Source of the DNA: an uncultured Candidatus Saccharibacteria bacterium
Lineage (GTDB): Bacteria > Patescibacteriota > Minisyncoccia > Phycocordibacterales > Phycocordibacteraceae
Assembly (NCBI GenBank): GCA_964507275.1
Contig: CAZDPG010000001.1
Location: 340,577-404,576 of the forward strand
Length of the DNA stretch: 64,000 nucleotides
Direction: 5' to 3'
Of this stretch, positions 27,517 to 37,177 are shown one piece after another. Under the pieces are notes generated by a model. The model did not search any database. It was not told where the DNA came from and was given only the letters and a program-made list of their open reading frames with translations. The position numbers and the translations under genes are program-made. Position 1 is the stretch's first letter; each line of letters starts with the position of its first letter.

Positions 27517-28658
27517 TGCGCGAGAGTATCCCAGCGGAAGAACTCCTGCACAAAGCGAGCGCCGTCGGCCAGTACTACGGATTCACCCCGCTCTCGGCGC
27601 TCACGCTTAAAGCACGTGGACAAGCGCGGACCAAAGCAGAACTTCCAGAATCACTCTCGAGCATAGCTCTTGATCCAATCGCGAACTCGGTCGTAAGCTT
27701 CTTAAAGCAGTGCCAACATATTGAGCACATCCCCTCCCCGCGACAGCCGCTCTTCGTGTGGCACACAAACATCGCGCCTGGACGCCCGGCTCAGAAGAAG
27801 GCGACGGTGCAGTTCCACGCACTCGGTACGGATCGCGCGCTTGCTGACGCTGTCATCATCCGCGCACTCCTCGCTCTCGCCCGCGATCTTTTCCATGATG
27901 AACCCATCGTGCGTATCAATTCCATGGGTGATAAAGAGACACGCGCTCGCTATGCTCGCGAGCTCGGCGTGTTCTTCAAGAAACGCGCCGTCGGTCTTCC
28001 AGAAGAGTGTATGGAGCGCGCGAAATGCGATGCGTTCGCAGCTGCCGAACTCGCCATAGCGCGCGAATGCGCCGACGATCTTCCTGCCCCGACAGAGCAT
28101 CTCTCGGATGCGAGTCGCAAGCGCTTTGAAGACCTTCTCGAGTATCTCGAAATGACTGAGACGCCCTACGAGCTCGCACGCAATCTGATCAGTCAGGGGA
28201 CGATCTGGAACGATACCTGCTTCGAGATTGTCGTCGGCGGTCGGAGGGTCGCCTGGGGCTCGCGCTACAGCGATCTCACGAAGCACTTCTTCCCGTCTGC
28301 GCCAATAAGTGCGACCGGTGCCGTATTCCAGATAGCGAGCGAGGGTGCAGTGGTGAAGAAAGTGGCCGTTCCGCGCCTTCGCTTCCACTTCGTCCACATC
28401 GGCGATGAAGCGAAGCGCATATCCATCCGCCTTGCCGAGGATTTCCGAAAAGCGCGTGTTCCGCTCATCCAGCACATCGGCGTCGAGTCCCTGACCGAAC
28501 AGCTCCGTCTCGCCGAACACAACGATAGCCCCTATCTCCTCATCATGGGACGTAAGGAAGCGCTTGAGCACTCCGCGATACTCCGCAACCGCCAGACACA
28601 GGTGGAAACCACCCTCCCGCTCGCGAACCTCATCGAACGACTGAAGGCAGTCGCCTAG
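27513..28658 (+). CDS. Histidyl-tRNA synthetase-like paralog with degenerate catalytic motifs and a C-terminal anticodon-binding domain
   Basis: YGF, RINSMGD..TR..Y, P...LS..S...F..L..YL, GSRY, C-terminal HGTP-like domain. Confidence 0.7.
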   Translation: MMRESIPAEELLHKASAVGQYYGFTPLSALTLKARGQARTKAELPESLSSIALDPIANSVVSFLKQCQHIEHIPSPRQPLFVWHTNIAPGRPAQKKATVQFHALGTDRALADAVIIRALLALARDLFHDEPIVRINSMGDKETRARYARELGVFFKKRAVGLPEECMERAKCDAFAAAELAIARECADDLPAPTEHLSDASRKRFEDLLEYLEMTETPYELARNLISQGTIWNDTCFEIVVGGRRVAWGSRYSDLTKHFFPSAPISATGAVFQIASEGAVVKKVAVPRLRFHFVHIGDEAKRISIRLAEDFRKARVPLIQHIGVESLTEQLRLAEHNDSPYLLIMGRKEALEHSAILRNRQTQVETTLPLANLIERLKAVA

Positions 28659-28712
28659 AATTCTCTGCCCAAGTAGACAAGTATTGCCTCGGTGTGCTAG
28701 GATTTCCGCATT

Positions 28713-28979
28713 ATGACAGCAGTAACCGCAAGCACCCGCGTCGAAGTACGTCGCGGAAAAAATGAAAGCACAACGGCGCTTATCCGCCGCTTTACGCGCC
28801 GTGCACAGGGTCTCGGCCTCGTACGCGAAGTTCGCAATTCTCGTTACTGGGAGCGCCCGATGTCGAAGAATGTGGAGCGCAAGCGTGCCCTCATCTCCAA
28901 AGTGCGCCGCGAGAACTATAACGAACAAGTGAAGCTCGGAAAGATCGATCCGGCAGCGAAGAAGACGCGCAAGCGTTAA
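28713..28979 (+). CDS. rpsU: 30S ribosomal protein S21-like
   Basis: VEVR...NES...LIRRF.R.....G...E.R..RY.ERP basic protein. Confidence 0.75.
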   Translation: MTAVTASTRVEVRRGKNESTTALIRRFTRRAQGLGLVREVRNSRYWERPMSKNVERKRALISKVRRENYNEQVKLGKIDPAAKKTRKR

Positions 28980-28985
28980 TAAGGA

Positions 28986-29459
28986 ATGGCAGGTGTCGAA
29001 ATAACGAACCTCACGCGGCGCTCAGTGCCGCGTTTCGCATATACCACGGTGGCTGCAACCGTACTCCCCGGTTGGGACGTATCGCTCGTATTCGTCGGGC
29101 CGAAGAAAGCGCAGGAACTGAACCAGCAGCTCCGCAAGAAGTCGTATACGCCGAATGTGCTCTCCTATGCGCCTGGGCAGACGAGCGGGGAGATCTTCAT
29201 CTGCCTCCAGGAAGCGGAGCGGCAGGCACCCTCTCATGCCATGACGGCTCGAGTGTTCGTCCTCTATTTGTTTATCCACGGTCTCCTGCATTTGAAGGGA
29301 TGGGCTCATGGCAGTACTATGGAGCAATGCGAACAGAAGCTAGTGAAACGATTCTCTGCACCGCGCGTGCGCACTCTTACTCATGGCACGGAGAATAGCA
29401 ACCGGAATAGACATCGGAACGTACCAAGTGAAGGTGGTCGTCGTCGAGGAGTTCGCTGA
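28986..29459 (+). CDS. ybeY: rRNA maturation RNase YbeY
   Basis: LN...R.K...NVLSY, GEIFI, HGLLHL.G..H. Confidence 0.9.
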   Translation: MAGVEITNLTRRSVPRFAYTTVAATVLPGWDVSLVFVGPKKAQELNQQLRKKSYTPNVLSYAPGQTSGEIFICLQEAERQAPSHAMTARVFVLYLFIHGLLHLKGWAHGSTMEQCEQKLVKRFSAPRVRTLTHGTENSNRNRHRNVPSEGGRRRGVR

Positions 29460-30540
29460 TACCAAGAACGGGCGACAGTTGCGCATCATCGGTACCGGCC
29501 TCGCGGAGTCGAAAGGCCTCCGCCACGGGTATGTCGTGAACCGCGAAGAAGTCTCCGCCAGCATCCGCGAAGCCAAGCGCCAGGCAGAGGCTGCCGCACG
29601 GATCTCGATACGCTCCGCATTCCTCGCGGTTGGCGGTATATCACTCGATGAAGCGCGTGCCACTGGATCTGCAATCATCTCGCGCGCCGATCAGGAGATA
29701 ACCAGCCTTGATATCGACAAAGCAATCAAGATCGCGCGAGAAGCGGCCGCTCCTGGATTCCTGAACCGGCATGTCCTTCATAGCATCCCGCTCGAGTATC
29801 GCGTCGATGGAACGAAGATACTCGGTGACCCTATCGGCATGAAAGGAGTTCGTCTTGAAGTCGATTACCTCTTCATCACGTGTCTCGCACAACACGAAGA
29901 GATGCTCGTGAAGTCGATCGAAGATGCCGGTATTGAAATCATCGACCAGATGGCTTCCCCGCTCGCCGGATCCTATGTGCTCCTCTCGGGCGAGCAGAAG
30001 ATGAAAGGCTGTGTTCTGGCGAATATCGGCGCAGAGACAGTCTCAATTGTCGTCTACGATGAAGGCATCCCCATTTCAATAAAAGTATTCCCCGTTGGGT
30101 CAAGCCATATCACCGACGATATTGCGCTCGGATTCCGTATCTCTCTTGATGAAGCGGAGCGCGTGAAGCTCGGCCGTCTCTCCGGGCAGATGTATCCTCG
30201 CAAAAAAATAGACGATCTCATCTCGAGTCGACTCACTACGATGTTCGCATCTATCGACAAGCACCTCCGTTCGCTCGGCCGCCGCGGCCCTCTACCTGCG
30301 GGCATCATCATCTCAGGTGGTGGCGCCGGTATCGGCAGTATCAGTGATGTCGCAAGAGGATCGCTCAAGCTTCCGGCACGACTCGCGGAGTTCCGTCTCA
30401 CTTCTGATACAAAGATTCGCGATGCGACCTGGGCGGTCTCCTATGGTCTCGCGCTCTGGGGACTCACCGGTGATACGAATGCACCGAAGAAGAATTTCAC
30501 TGCGATCATTGAGAAGTTTCTGCAGCAGTTCCTCCCGTAG
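29383..30540 (+). CDS. ftsA: Cell division protein FtsA
   Basis: GIDIGT, S.GLR.G, NIGAET, IT.DIA, SGGGA; upstream of ftsZ. Confidence 0.92.
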   Translation: MARRIATGIDIGTYQVKVVVVEEFADTKNGRQLRIIGTGLAESKGLRHGYVVNREEVSASIREAKRQAEAAARISIRSAFLAVGGISLDEARATGSAIISRADQEITSLDIDKAIKIAREAAAPGFLNRHVLHSIPLEYRVDGTKILGDPIGMKGVRLEVDYLFITCLAQHEEMLVKSIEDAGIEIIDQMASPLAGSYVLLSGEQKMKGCVLANIGAETVSIVVYDEGIPISIKVFPVGSSHITDDIALGFRISLDEAERVKLGRLSGQMYPRKKIDDLISSRLTTMFASIDKHLRSLGRRGPLPAGIIISGGGAGIGSISDVARGSLKLPARLAEFRLTSDTKIRDATWAVSYGLALWGLTGDTNAPKKNFTAIIEKFLQQFLP

Positions 30541-30644
30541 CACGCTGCAAAATGGGGTCTCTGCCCCGAAACATTTCGCAGAATGTCAATATTTGCATAA
30601 AGTCTGGTTCTGCTATGATGACGAAAACTTACTTGCACACACCT

Positions 30645-31892
30645 ATGTCAAAACGCGTTGAACCAGAGATTGAGACATTTGCACGAATCCGTGTCGTTGG
30701 TGTCGGTGGTTCAGGGAAAAATGCGATCAATCACATGATCGAATCGAAGGTGCGGGGCGTCGAATTCGTCGCCATCAACTCCGATGCACAGGACCTCCAC
30801 CGCTCCCTCGCGAAGAAGAAGATCCATATCGGCAAGAATCTCACCCGCGGACTCGGCACAGGAATGAATCCTGAACTCGGCAAGCGAGCTGCTGAAGAGA
30901 CGCGTCAGGAAATCCAGGAAGCGCTTTCGGGTAGCGACATGGTCTTCATCACGTGCGGCATGGGTGGCGGCACGGGCACGGGTGCATCTGCAGTCGTCGC
31001 GAAGATGGCGAAGGAAGTCGGCGCGCTCGTCATCGCTATTGTGACGAAGCCGTTCTCATTCGAAGGCGCACAGCGCAAAGAGATCGCTGAGCGCGGTCTT
31101 GCCGACCTCAAGAAGGAAGTCGATGCCTTCATCGTCATCCCGAACGACAAACTGCTCGCGGTCGTCGACATGAACACCTCAGCGAAGAGCGCCTTCGCGA
31201 TGTGCGACGAAATCCTCCGCCAGGCGGTCGAGGGTGTCTCAGACATCATCACCACTCCAGGCGATATCAATACTGACTTCAACGACATCAAGGCGATTAT
31301 GGAAAATGCCGGCCCCGCACTCATGGGCATCGGCATCGCCGACGGCGACGATCGCGCAGTCACTGCTGCGAAGCAGGCCGTAAACTCGCCGCTTCTCGAT
31401 GTCTCCATCGGCGGCGCGAAGGGTATCCTCTTCGTCGTAGCAAGTAATGACGACCTCGGCATCATGGAGGTGCAGGAGGCCGCAAAAGTCATCAACGAAT
31501 CCGTCGATAAGAGCGCAAAGATTATCTTCGGTATGATGCGCGACGAGAAGCTGAAGAAGGGCCAGGTACGCATCATCGTCATCGCTACCGGCTTCCCGGA
31601 GAGCGCAGCGCACGCTTCGCACTCTGGTCCTGAGCGTTCCCTCTTTGCTATGCCTACCGAGCGACGCGAGGAAGAGCGCGGCCGCATCTATCATGAAATC
31701 CTCAAGCGCGAGGATAAGAAAGAGGAGGATGTGAAAGAAAAGAAGGAACCCGTCGTGACCGTCGAGAAGATTGAGAAAGAAGAGCCGATTGTCACCGCGA
31801 TGCCGCATAAGCGCGATGAGGTAACTCCCGCTCCGGAAGATGACGAGGCGTGGGGTGCGATTCCGACCTTCCTTCGCCGACACAAGAAGTAA
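30645..31892 (+). CDS. ftsZ: Cell division protein FtsZ
   Basis: GVGGSG.NA, GMGGGTGTG, C-terminal IPTFLRR; start MSKRV. Confidence 0.97.
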   Translation: MSKRVEPEIETFARIRVVGVGGSGKNAINHMIESKVRGVEFVAINSDAQDLHRSLAKKKIHIGKNLTRGLGTGMNPELGKRAAEETRQEIQEALSGSDMVFITCGMGGGTGTGASAVVAKMAKEVGALVIAIVTKPFSFEGAQRKEIAERGLADLKKEVDAFIVIPNDKLLAVVDMNTSAKSAFAMCDEILRQAVEGVSDIITTPGDINTDFNDIKAIMENAGPALMGIGIADGDDRAVTAAKQAVNSPLLDVSIGGAKGILFVVASNDDLGIMEVQEAAKVINESVDKSAKIIFGMMRDEKLKKGQVRIIVIATGFPESAAHASHSGPERSLFAMPTERREEERGRIYHEILKREDKKEEDVKEKKEPVVTVEKIEKEEPIVTAMPHKRDEVTPAPEDDEAWGAIPTFLRRHKK

Positions 31893-31903
31893 CTCATACG
31901 TTG

Positions 31904-31940
31904 AAACAGCACGGACACCCGCTTGGTGTCCGTGCTGTTT
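31904..31940 (+). terminator. Intrinsic terminator
   Basis: AAACAGCACGGACACC-cgctt-GGTGTCCGTGCTGTTT. Confidence 0.75.
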
Positions 31941-31975
31941 TGCTTCCCTCGAGACGGACGGTATACTGCACGGAT

Positions 31976-32899
31976 ATGCACGACCTCATCATCATCGGCG
32001 GCGGACCCGCAGGCATCGCCGCCGGAGTCTACGCAGCCCGCAAACAATTACAAGCCGTTCTCATCGCCGAAGAGATTGGCGGGCAGTCGACGGTATCGGA
32101 AGGTATTGAGAACTGGGTCGGTTCGGTGAAGATACGCGGTGCAGACCTCGCGAAAGCATTTCATACGCACCTCGACGCCGTGAAGGGTAACATCGTCACC
32201 CCGGTCATCGGCGACCGTGTCGTATCACTTGAGAAGGTTGAGGGCGGATTCTCGGTCAAGACACGGGGTGGAAAGGGATTCTCCGCGAAGGCAGTGCTTA
32301 TCGCGTCTGGAGCCGGGCGGCGCAAGCTCACCGCTCTCGGCGCTCTCAAGTTCGAAAATAAAGGCGTTACCTACTGCGCCTCGTGCGACGGACCGCTGTT
32401 CTCCGGCATGGACGTCGCCGTCATCGGTGGCGGCAACGCTGGCTTCGAGACTGCGCTCCAGCTCCTCGCGTATGCGAAGTCAGTCACACTCATCCACCGG
32501 CACAAAGAGTTTAAAGCTGATGCCGTCACGGTCGAGAAGGCGCGTGCGCACCCGAATATGCGCGTTATCACGCACGCTGAGCCGGTTGAAGTGAAGGGCG
32601 AGCAGTTCGTGACCGGCCTCTCGTATACCGATAAAGACACAGGCGAGTTGAAAGAGCTTCCAGTATCCGGGATTTTCGTTGAGGCAGGTGTCATCCCCAA
32701 CACGGATTTCGTCGGCAGTCTGCTTGAGCTCGATCCCGTGAAGCGCGTCGTGACCGATCCACGCACCCAACGCACGAGCGTGGAGGGCGTCTGGGCAGCC
32801 GGAGACTGCACGGATGAGCTCTATCACCAGAACAACATCGCCGCGGGCGATGGCGTGAAAGCGATTGAGGACCTCTACCTCTGGGTGAAGAAGCAATGA
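31976..32899 (+). CDS. Thioredoxin reductase / AhpF C-terminal-like flavoprotein
   Basis: GGGPAG, GVTYCASCDG, GGGNAG, AAGD. Confidence 0.9.
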   Translation: MHDLIIIGGGPAGIAAGVYAARKQLQAVLIAEEIGGQSTVSEGIENWVGSVKIRGADLAKAFHTHLDAVKGNIVTPVIGDRVVSLEKVEGGFSVKTRGGKGFSAKAVLIASGAGRRKLTALGALKFENKGVTYCASCDGPLFSGMDVAVIGGGNAGFETALQLLAYAKSVTLIHRHKEFKADAVTVEKARAHPNMRVITHAEPVEVKGEQFVTGLSYTDKDTGELKELPVSGIFVEAGVIPNTDFVGSLLELDPVKRVVTDPRTQRTSVEGVWAAGDCTDELYHQNNIAAGDGVKAIEDLYLWVKKQ

Positions 32900-33627
32900 G
32901 CACGCCACGTGTCTCGATCGTCATCCCGACCCTCCGAGAGGGTCCATTCCTGGAGCGTACTCTCAAGAATCTCGATGGTCTGACTATTCCTCACGAGATC
33001 ATCATTACTGACGGTGGAAGCGCTGACGAGACGCTCGACGTCGCCCGTCGCTACACCGACAAGATAACCGTATGGACAGAACCGCGTCGCCAGACCTTCG
33101 GTGAGGCTAAGAATGCCGGTGCCGCACTCGCAACCGGCGAATATCTGGTATTCATCGATGCCGACGTGCTCATCCCCTCTCCGCAGGCCTTTTTCGAAGA
33201 AATGCTTGCGGCGTTCGACAAAGCTCCGAACCTCGTTGCAATGACCGTTCCACTCAAACCATGGCCCGAGAATCATTCGCTCAAGGATGCGTTCTTCTCT
33301 GCTCCGCTCAATTGGTTCTATATCGTTTCCAATAATATATTCCATTCCGGCAATTCCTCTGGGGAGTTCCAGATGGTTCGAGCGGAGGCTTTCAAGAAGA
33401 TTGGTGGTTTCGGCGAGCAGCTCGCCGCGGGAGAAGATAATGAGTTGTTCCGCCGTCTCGCTGATATCGGTCGCACACTGTCGTACGCTAAACTCTGCGT
33501 GCAGCATTCACTCCGCCGTCCCCATAAGCTCGGCTGGCTGCGCACCTATTACATCTGGATTAAAAATGGTATCTCAGTCGCACTGCGAGGCCGTGCGGCG
33601 TACAAAGAGTGGTCGGTCGTGCGTTAA
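32896..33627 (+). CDS. Glycosyltransferase family 2
   Basis: SIVIP, DGGS.D.T, N.GA, FIDAD, GED. Confidence 0.9.
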   Translation: MSTPRVSIVIPTLREGPFLERTLKNLDGLTIPHEIIITDGGSADETLDVARRYTDKITVWTEPRRQTFGEAKNAGAALATGEYLVFIDADVLIPSPQAFFEEMLAAFDKAPNLVAMTVPLKPWPENHSLKDAFFSAPLNWFYIVSNNIFHSGNSSGEFQMVRAEAFKKIGGFGEQLAAGEDNELFRRLADIGRTLSYAKLCVQHSLRRPHKLGWLRTYYIWIKNGISVALRGRAAYKEWSVVR

Positions 33628-34622
33628 AAGATATTCTTGATAAAAGCATCTGCTGAGTGCCCCCAGCTGTACTGTTCCGCTTTCCTGCGACATGCTTCAG
33701 GCGATAGTTCGAGACATTTGATAGCCGCCTCTTGTAAATCATCGCTCAAGTACCCATCCTTCCCTTCCGTAAGGATGTCGCCCGGGCCCATCACATCGTG
33801 TGCCGCCACGGGTATGCCGCACGCAAGCGCTTCAAGCGCGACCAGCCCGAAGGTTTCGGTTCTCGATGGGAATACGAATACGCTGGCGAGTGAGAGCCAG
33901 TCGACAAGCTCTTGCCCATGCTTGTACCCGACGAATCTGTTGCTCTTCCCGTATCGTCTCTCGAGTTTCGAACGGAGCGGACCATCTCCTATCACGAGCT
34001 TCGTGCCGGGCAATTCCAGCTTCATGAATTCCTCGGGATTCTTTTCTGGAGCAAGGCGGCTGAAGTACACGAAGACCGGCTTCGGGAGTGTCGGGAGTGC
34101 GGGCGCTGGGTTGCGCATAAAGAAATCGACGTCGACGCCGAGCGGCATGATGACGAGGTTCTTGAAACCTACTGCCTCAAGCTCTTTCTTCAAGCTTTCG
34201 GTAGAGACCATGGTATGAGCGGCAGGCGCGTGGAACCGCCGTATGAGAGCGTATACAGGGCGCAAGAGCCCGCGCAGGCGCACATCGACATAGAGCTGGA
34301 AATGGCTGTGGTACCACGAAGTGAATGGTATGCCGAGTTCCCGGCATACCGCGCGGGCCGCCCAGCCGAGTGGTCCCTCGGTCACGACACAGATCGCATC
34401 CGGCTGCGTTTCCTCTATCAGCTTCTTGATACGACGCTTCGAAAAGAGCGCGAGACGGATCTCCGGATACAACGGCAACGGCACGGTCCTGAACTGTCCC
34501 GGTTCGATGACGGTAATCTCATATCCACGAGCTTTGAGAATTGGGATAAGCGCCTCAAGCACACGCACGACGCCGTTCACTTGCGGTGCCCACGCGTCTG
34601 TCACAAACAGAATCTTTTTCAT
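33624..34622 (-). CDS. Glycosyltransferase family 4
   Basis: TDAW.PQVNGV, RLAPEKN, ETFGLVALEALACG. Confidence 0.92.
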   Translation of the reverse strand: MKKILFVTDAWAPQVNGVVRVLEALIPILKARGYEITVIEPGQFRTVPLPLYPEIRLALFSKRRIKKLIEETQPDAICVVTEGPLGWAARAVCRELGIPFTSWYHSHFQLYVDVRLRGLLRPVYALIRRFHAPAAHTMVSTESLKKELEAVGFKNLVIMPLGVDVDFFMRNPAPALPTLPKPVFVYFSRLAPEKNPEEFMKLELPGTKLVIGDGPLRSKLERRYGKSNRFVGYKHGQELVDWLSLASVFVFPSRTETFGLVALEALACGIPVAAHDVMGPGDILTEGKDGYLSDDLQEAAIKCLELSPEACRRKAEQYSWGHSADAFIKNIF

Positions 34623-35236
34623 ACCAGCGACTGCTCGGTATCCTTCTCAGCTTTAAGCAACTTGTCGCGCATATACCAGCTAAGCAGGTAGTACCCCGTG
34701 ATGGCGAGCGCGGTGAATGCGATTACATACTGCACATTACTTATTATGTGAGCGACGCTTCCGCCGAGCGAAGCCCCTAGGAAGTAGCCGGCAAAGAGAA
34801 GTGTGCCGTATTCGAGAATGGCAACGAGTGCACCGTAGCGAAAGAACATCCCGAGCGGCAGCTTCACCATGCCCGCCACAACGATGAACGCCGATGCAAC
34901 GCCGTACGAGAGTTTGCCCATGAACATCGTCATGAACGGACGTCGCGTCCAAAGCTCATGTACTTTATCGAGATGATCGTCCGTGATCTTAAGCTTCGCG
35001 AGCATGCGCTTCGCGAATGAGGTCTTTCCGCCGAAATACCCGGTGGCGTAATACGCACCATCAAGCCCCACGTCGCGGACGAAAAAGAGTACCGCGAGGA
35101 AGTACATATCGAAGAAACCGAGCGAAGCGAGCGTCCCGGCGACGAACGCGACAACCGGGCCCTCGATGAGAGACAACGGGATAAGAATCCAGTAGCGGTA
35201 CTGGAGAATAAGCTCAGTGATGAGTTCAACCGACAT
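34619..35236 (-). CDS. DedA/VTT family membrane protein
   Basis: IEGP, Y..GY.GG, GK..YG, AGM. Confidence 0.78.
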   Translation of the reverse strand: MSVELITELILQYRYWILIPLSLIEGPVVAFVAGTLASLGFFDMYFLAVLFFVRDVGLDGAYYATGYFGGKTSFAKRMLAKLKITDDHLDKVHELWTRRPFMTMFMGKLSYGVASAFIVVAGMVKLPLGMFFRYGALVAILEYGTLLFAGYFLGASLGGSVAHIISNVQYVIAFTALAITGYYLLSWYMRDKLLKAEKDTEQSLV

Positions 35237-35260
35237 GATTTCCGGTCAGTATACTATGTT

Positions 35261-35350
35261 TGGCGGAGGCGGGAGGATTCGAACCTCCGATACCCTTTCG
35301 AGCATACTTGTTTTCGAAACAAGCGCGATCGACCACTCTGCCACGCCTCC
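35261..35350 (-). tRNA. tRNA-Ser(CGA), CCA encoded
   Basis: GGAGGCG/CGCCTCC acceptor stem, CTTGT-TTCGAAA-ACAAG anticodon arm, long variable arm. Confidence 0.93.
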
Positions 35351-35450
35351 TTAGAGCGCCGTAGAACGGCTCTCGGGCGATCCGATTACGGATTGAGCCT
35401 GTGTCTGCCATCCTAGCATTTCGAAGCAAAAATGATAAGGTTCTACTAAC

Positions 35451-35522
35451 GGCCCTATCGTCTAACGGTTAGGACAGGTCCCTTTCACGGATCAAATCGG
35501 GGTTCGATTCCCCGTGGGGTCA
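35451..35522 (+). tRNA. tRNA-Glu(TTC)
   Basis: GGCCCTA/TGGGGTC acceptor stem, GGTCC-CTTTCAC-GGATC anticodon arm. Confidence 0.92.
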
Positions 35523-35579
35523 CAAAATTATCCACTGCAGCAAATCGAACGCTCGTGCGCACTCATGTAGAATACATAC

Positions 35580-36281
35580 ATGAGTATCGATTCAGCACTC
35601 AAACAAAAAGCCATCCAGTTACGCCTCGAAGGTAAGAGCTATACTGAGATTCTTAAGCAATTGCAGTTGAAATCAAAAGGAACTTTGAGTGTTTGGTTTC
35701 GAGAATTAAAATTACCTGCCAAATCCAAAAGACTTCTGGAGAAGAATACCGCTCGAGCAACGGAACGTGGTCTTCTTGAGTTCAATCGGAAGCGTTCGCA
35801 ACTGGTACAGGAACAGAATGAAACTGCCTATCGCATCGGATGTGGTGAGGTGGGAAAGATAACTGAGCGCGAACTCTTAGTGCTCGGAGCGGCGCTGTAC
35901 TGGGGAGAAGGAACGAAATACGAGAGAAAGAATGGATCGATAGCGCTTGTTTTCACAAACTCAGATCCAGAAATGATTCTGGTCTTCATGGAATTCCTGC
36001 GTCGAATACTGAAAATTCCTGAAGAAAGAATTCGTGCTGGCATCCACATGTACTCTCAAGCTGAAACCGACATACAGAAGACTCGACAATATTGGTCGGA
36101 GATAACGAATTTGCCTGCCGCTCGTTTTTACATTTCTCAATTAGTAAGTGGGGCGAGTTCGCTCAAAAGAGATAAGAAACGACTCCCTTACGGAACTCTC
36201 GCAATCCGAGTCAATGACCGGAAAATATTCTTTCGAGTAAAAGGCATGATGAGAGGGTTAATTGAGGGCTTAAAAAAATAA
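35580..36281 (+). CDS. HTH plus LAGLIDADG-like protein (putative homing-endonuclease derivative)
   Basis: N-terminal HTH (AIQLR..GKSY.EI...L....GTLS.W); LGAALYWGEG helix followed by FTNSD..MI..F..FL; AT-richer; lies between two tRNAs. Confidence 0.65.
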   Translation: MSIDSALKQKAIQLRLEGKSYTEILKQLQLKSKGTLSVWFRELKLPAKSKRLLEKNTARATERGLLEFNRKRSQLVQEQNETAYRIGCGEVGKITERELLVLGAALYWGEGTKYERKNGSIALVFTNSDPEMILVFMEFLRRILKIPEERIRAGIHMYSQAETDIQKTRQYWSEITNLPAARFYISQLVSGASSLKRDKKRLPYGTLAIRVNDRKIFFRVKGMMRGLIEGLKK

Positions 36282-36299
36282 TGATATAGTCTCATCAAC

Positions 36300-36377
36300 G
36301 CGCCGTTAGCTCAGCTGGTTTAGAGCGTCTCATTGACGTTGAGAAGGTCGGGGATTCGAATTCCTCACGGCGCACCA
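36300..36377 (+). tRNA. tRNA-Val(GAC), CCA encoded
   Basis: GCGCCGT/ACGGCGC acceptor stem, TCTCA-TTGACGT-TGAGA anticodon arm. Confidence 0.92.
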
Positions 36378-36409
36378 AAATAAGGAAATTCGTGGTATAA
36401 TTTCGCCTA

Positions 36410-37177
36410 ATGCGACCGAAACGGAACCCGGTGCGAAAAGAGAAAGTCTATATATACGGCAAGCACGCGCTCATGGAGGCGCTTCAGAATACTCCCCATG
36501 TCATAAAGAAGGTCTTCCTTGCGCCGGACCTGCGCGACGTGGAACTCCATACGCTTCTCGAAATGCGCAATATACCGATTGCGAAGCTCACGGCGACGAG
36601 CGGCAAAGAGCTCGTCGGGCGCGATGCTGTGCACCAGGGTGTCATCGCTATCATGGACCCCTCTGCCCTCCTCGTCTCGTTCGACGACTTCCTCCTTTCG
36701 CTCGATACGAAGACGAACCCGGCGGTAGCTATCCTCGGCGAAGTACAGGACCCGCATAACGTCGGCGCGATTATCCGCTCGGCAGCCGCATTCGGCCTCG
36801 CGGGTGTCCTTATCCCCGCACACCATCAAGCGGGCATCACCGGCACGGTCGTGAAGACATCTGCAGGCATGGTCTTCCGCGTCCCGCTCATCTCCATAGG
36901 GAATGTGAATACCACGATCAAGACTCTCAAAGAGAAAGGTTTCTGGGTATACGGCCTCGCAATGGATGGGAAGACGTCGCTCAAGACCGAAGCATTCGAA
37001 ACGCCAACCGTATTCATCGTCGGCAATGAAGGTGCCGGCATCCGCGAGAAGACACTTGAGGCCTGCGACATCACGCTCTCGATACCGATGCACCCGCGCA
37101 CCGAATCGCTCAACGCGGCAGTCTCAGCGGCAGTCGTGTTCTACGAATGGAGCAAGCGGCATCCTGAGGCGCTATGA
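36410..37177 (+). CDS. rlmB: 23S rRNA 2'-O-methyltransferase (SPOUT, RlmB family)
   Basis: HQGV, DPHNVGAIIRSA, GNEG.G, SLNAAVS. Confidence 0.88.
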   Translation: MRPKRNPVRKEKVYIYGKHALMEALQNTPHVIKKVFLAPDLRDVELHTLLEMRNIPIAKLTATSGKELVGRDAVHQGVIAIMDPSALLVSFDDFLLSLDTKTNPAVAILGEVQDPHNVGAIIRSAAAFGLAGVLIPAHHQAGITGTVVKTSAGMVFRVPLISIGNVNTTIKTLKEKGFWVYGLAMDGKTSLKTEAFETPTVFIVGNEGAGIREKTLEACDITLSIPMHPRTESLNAAVSAAVVFYEWSKRHPEAL

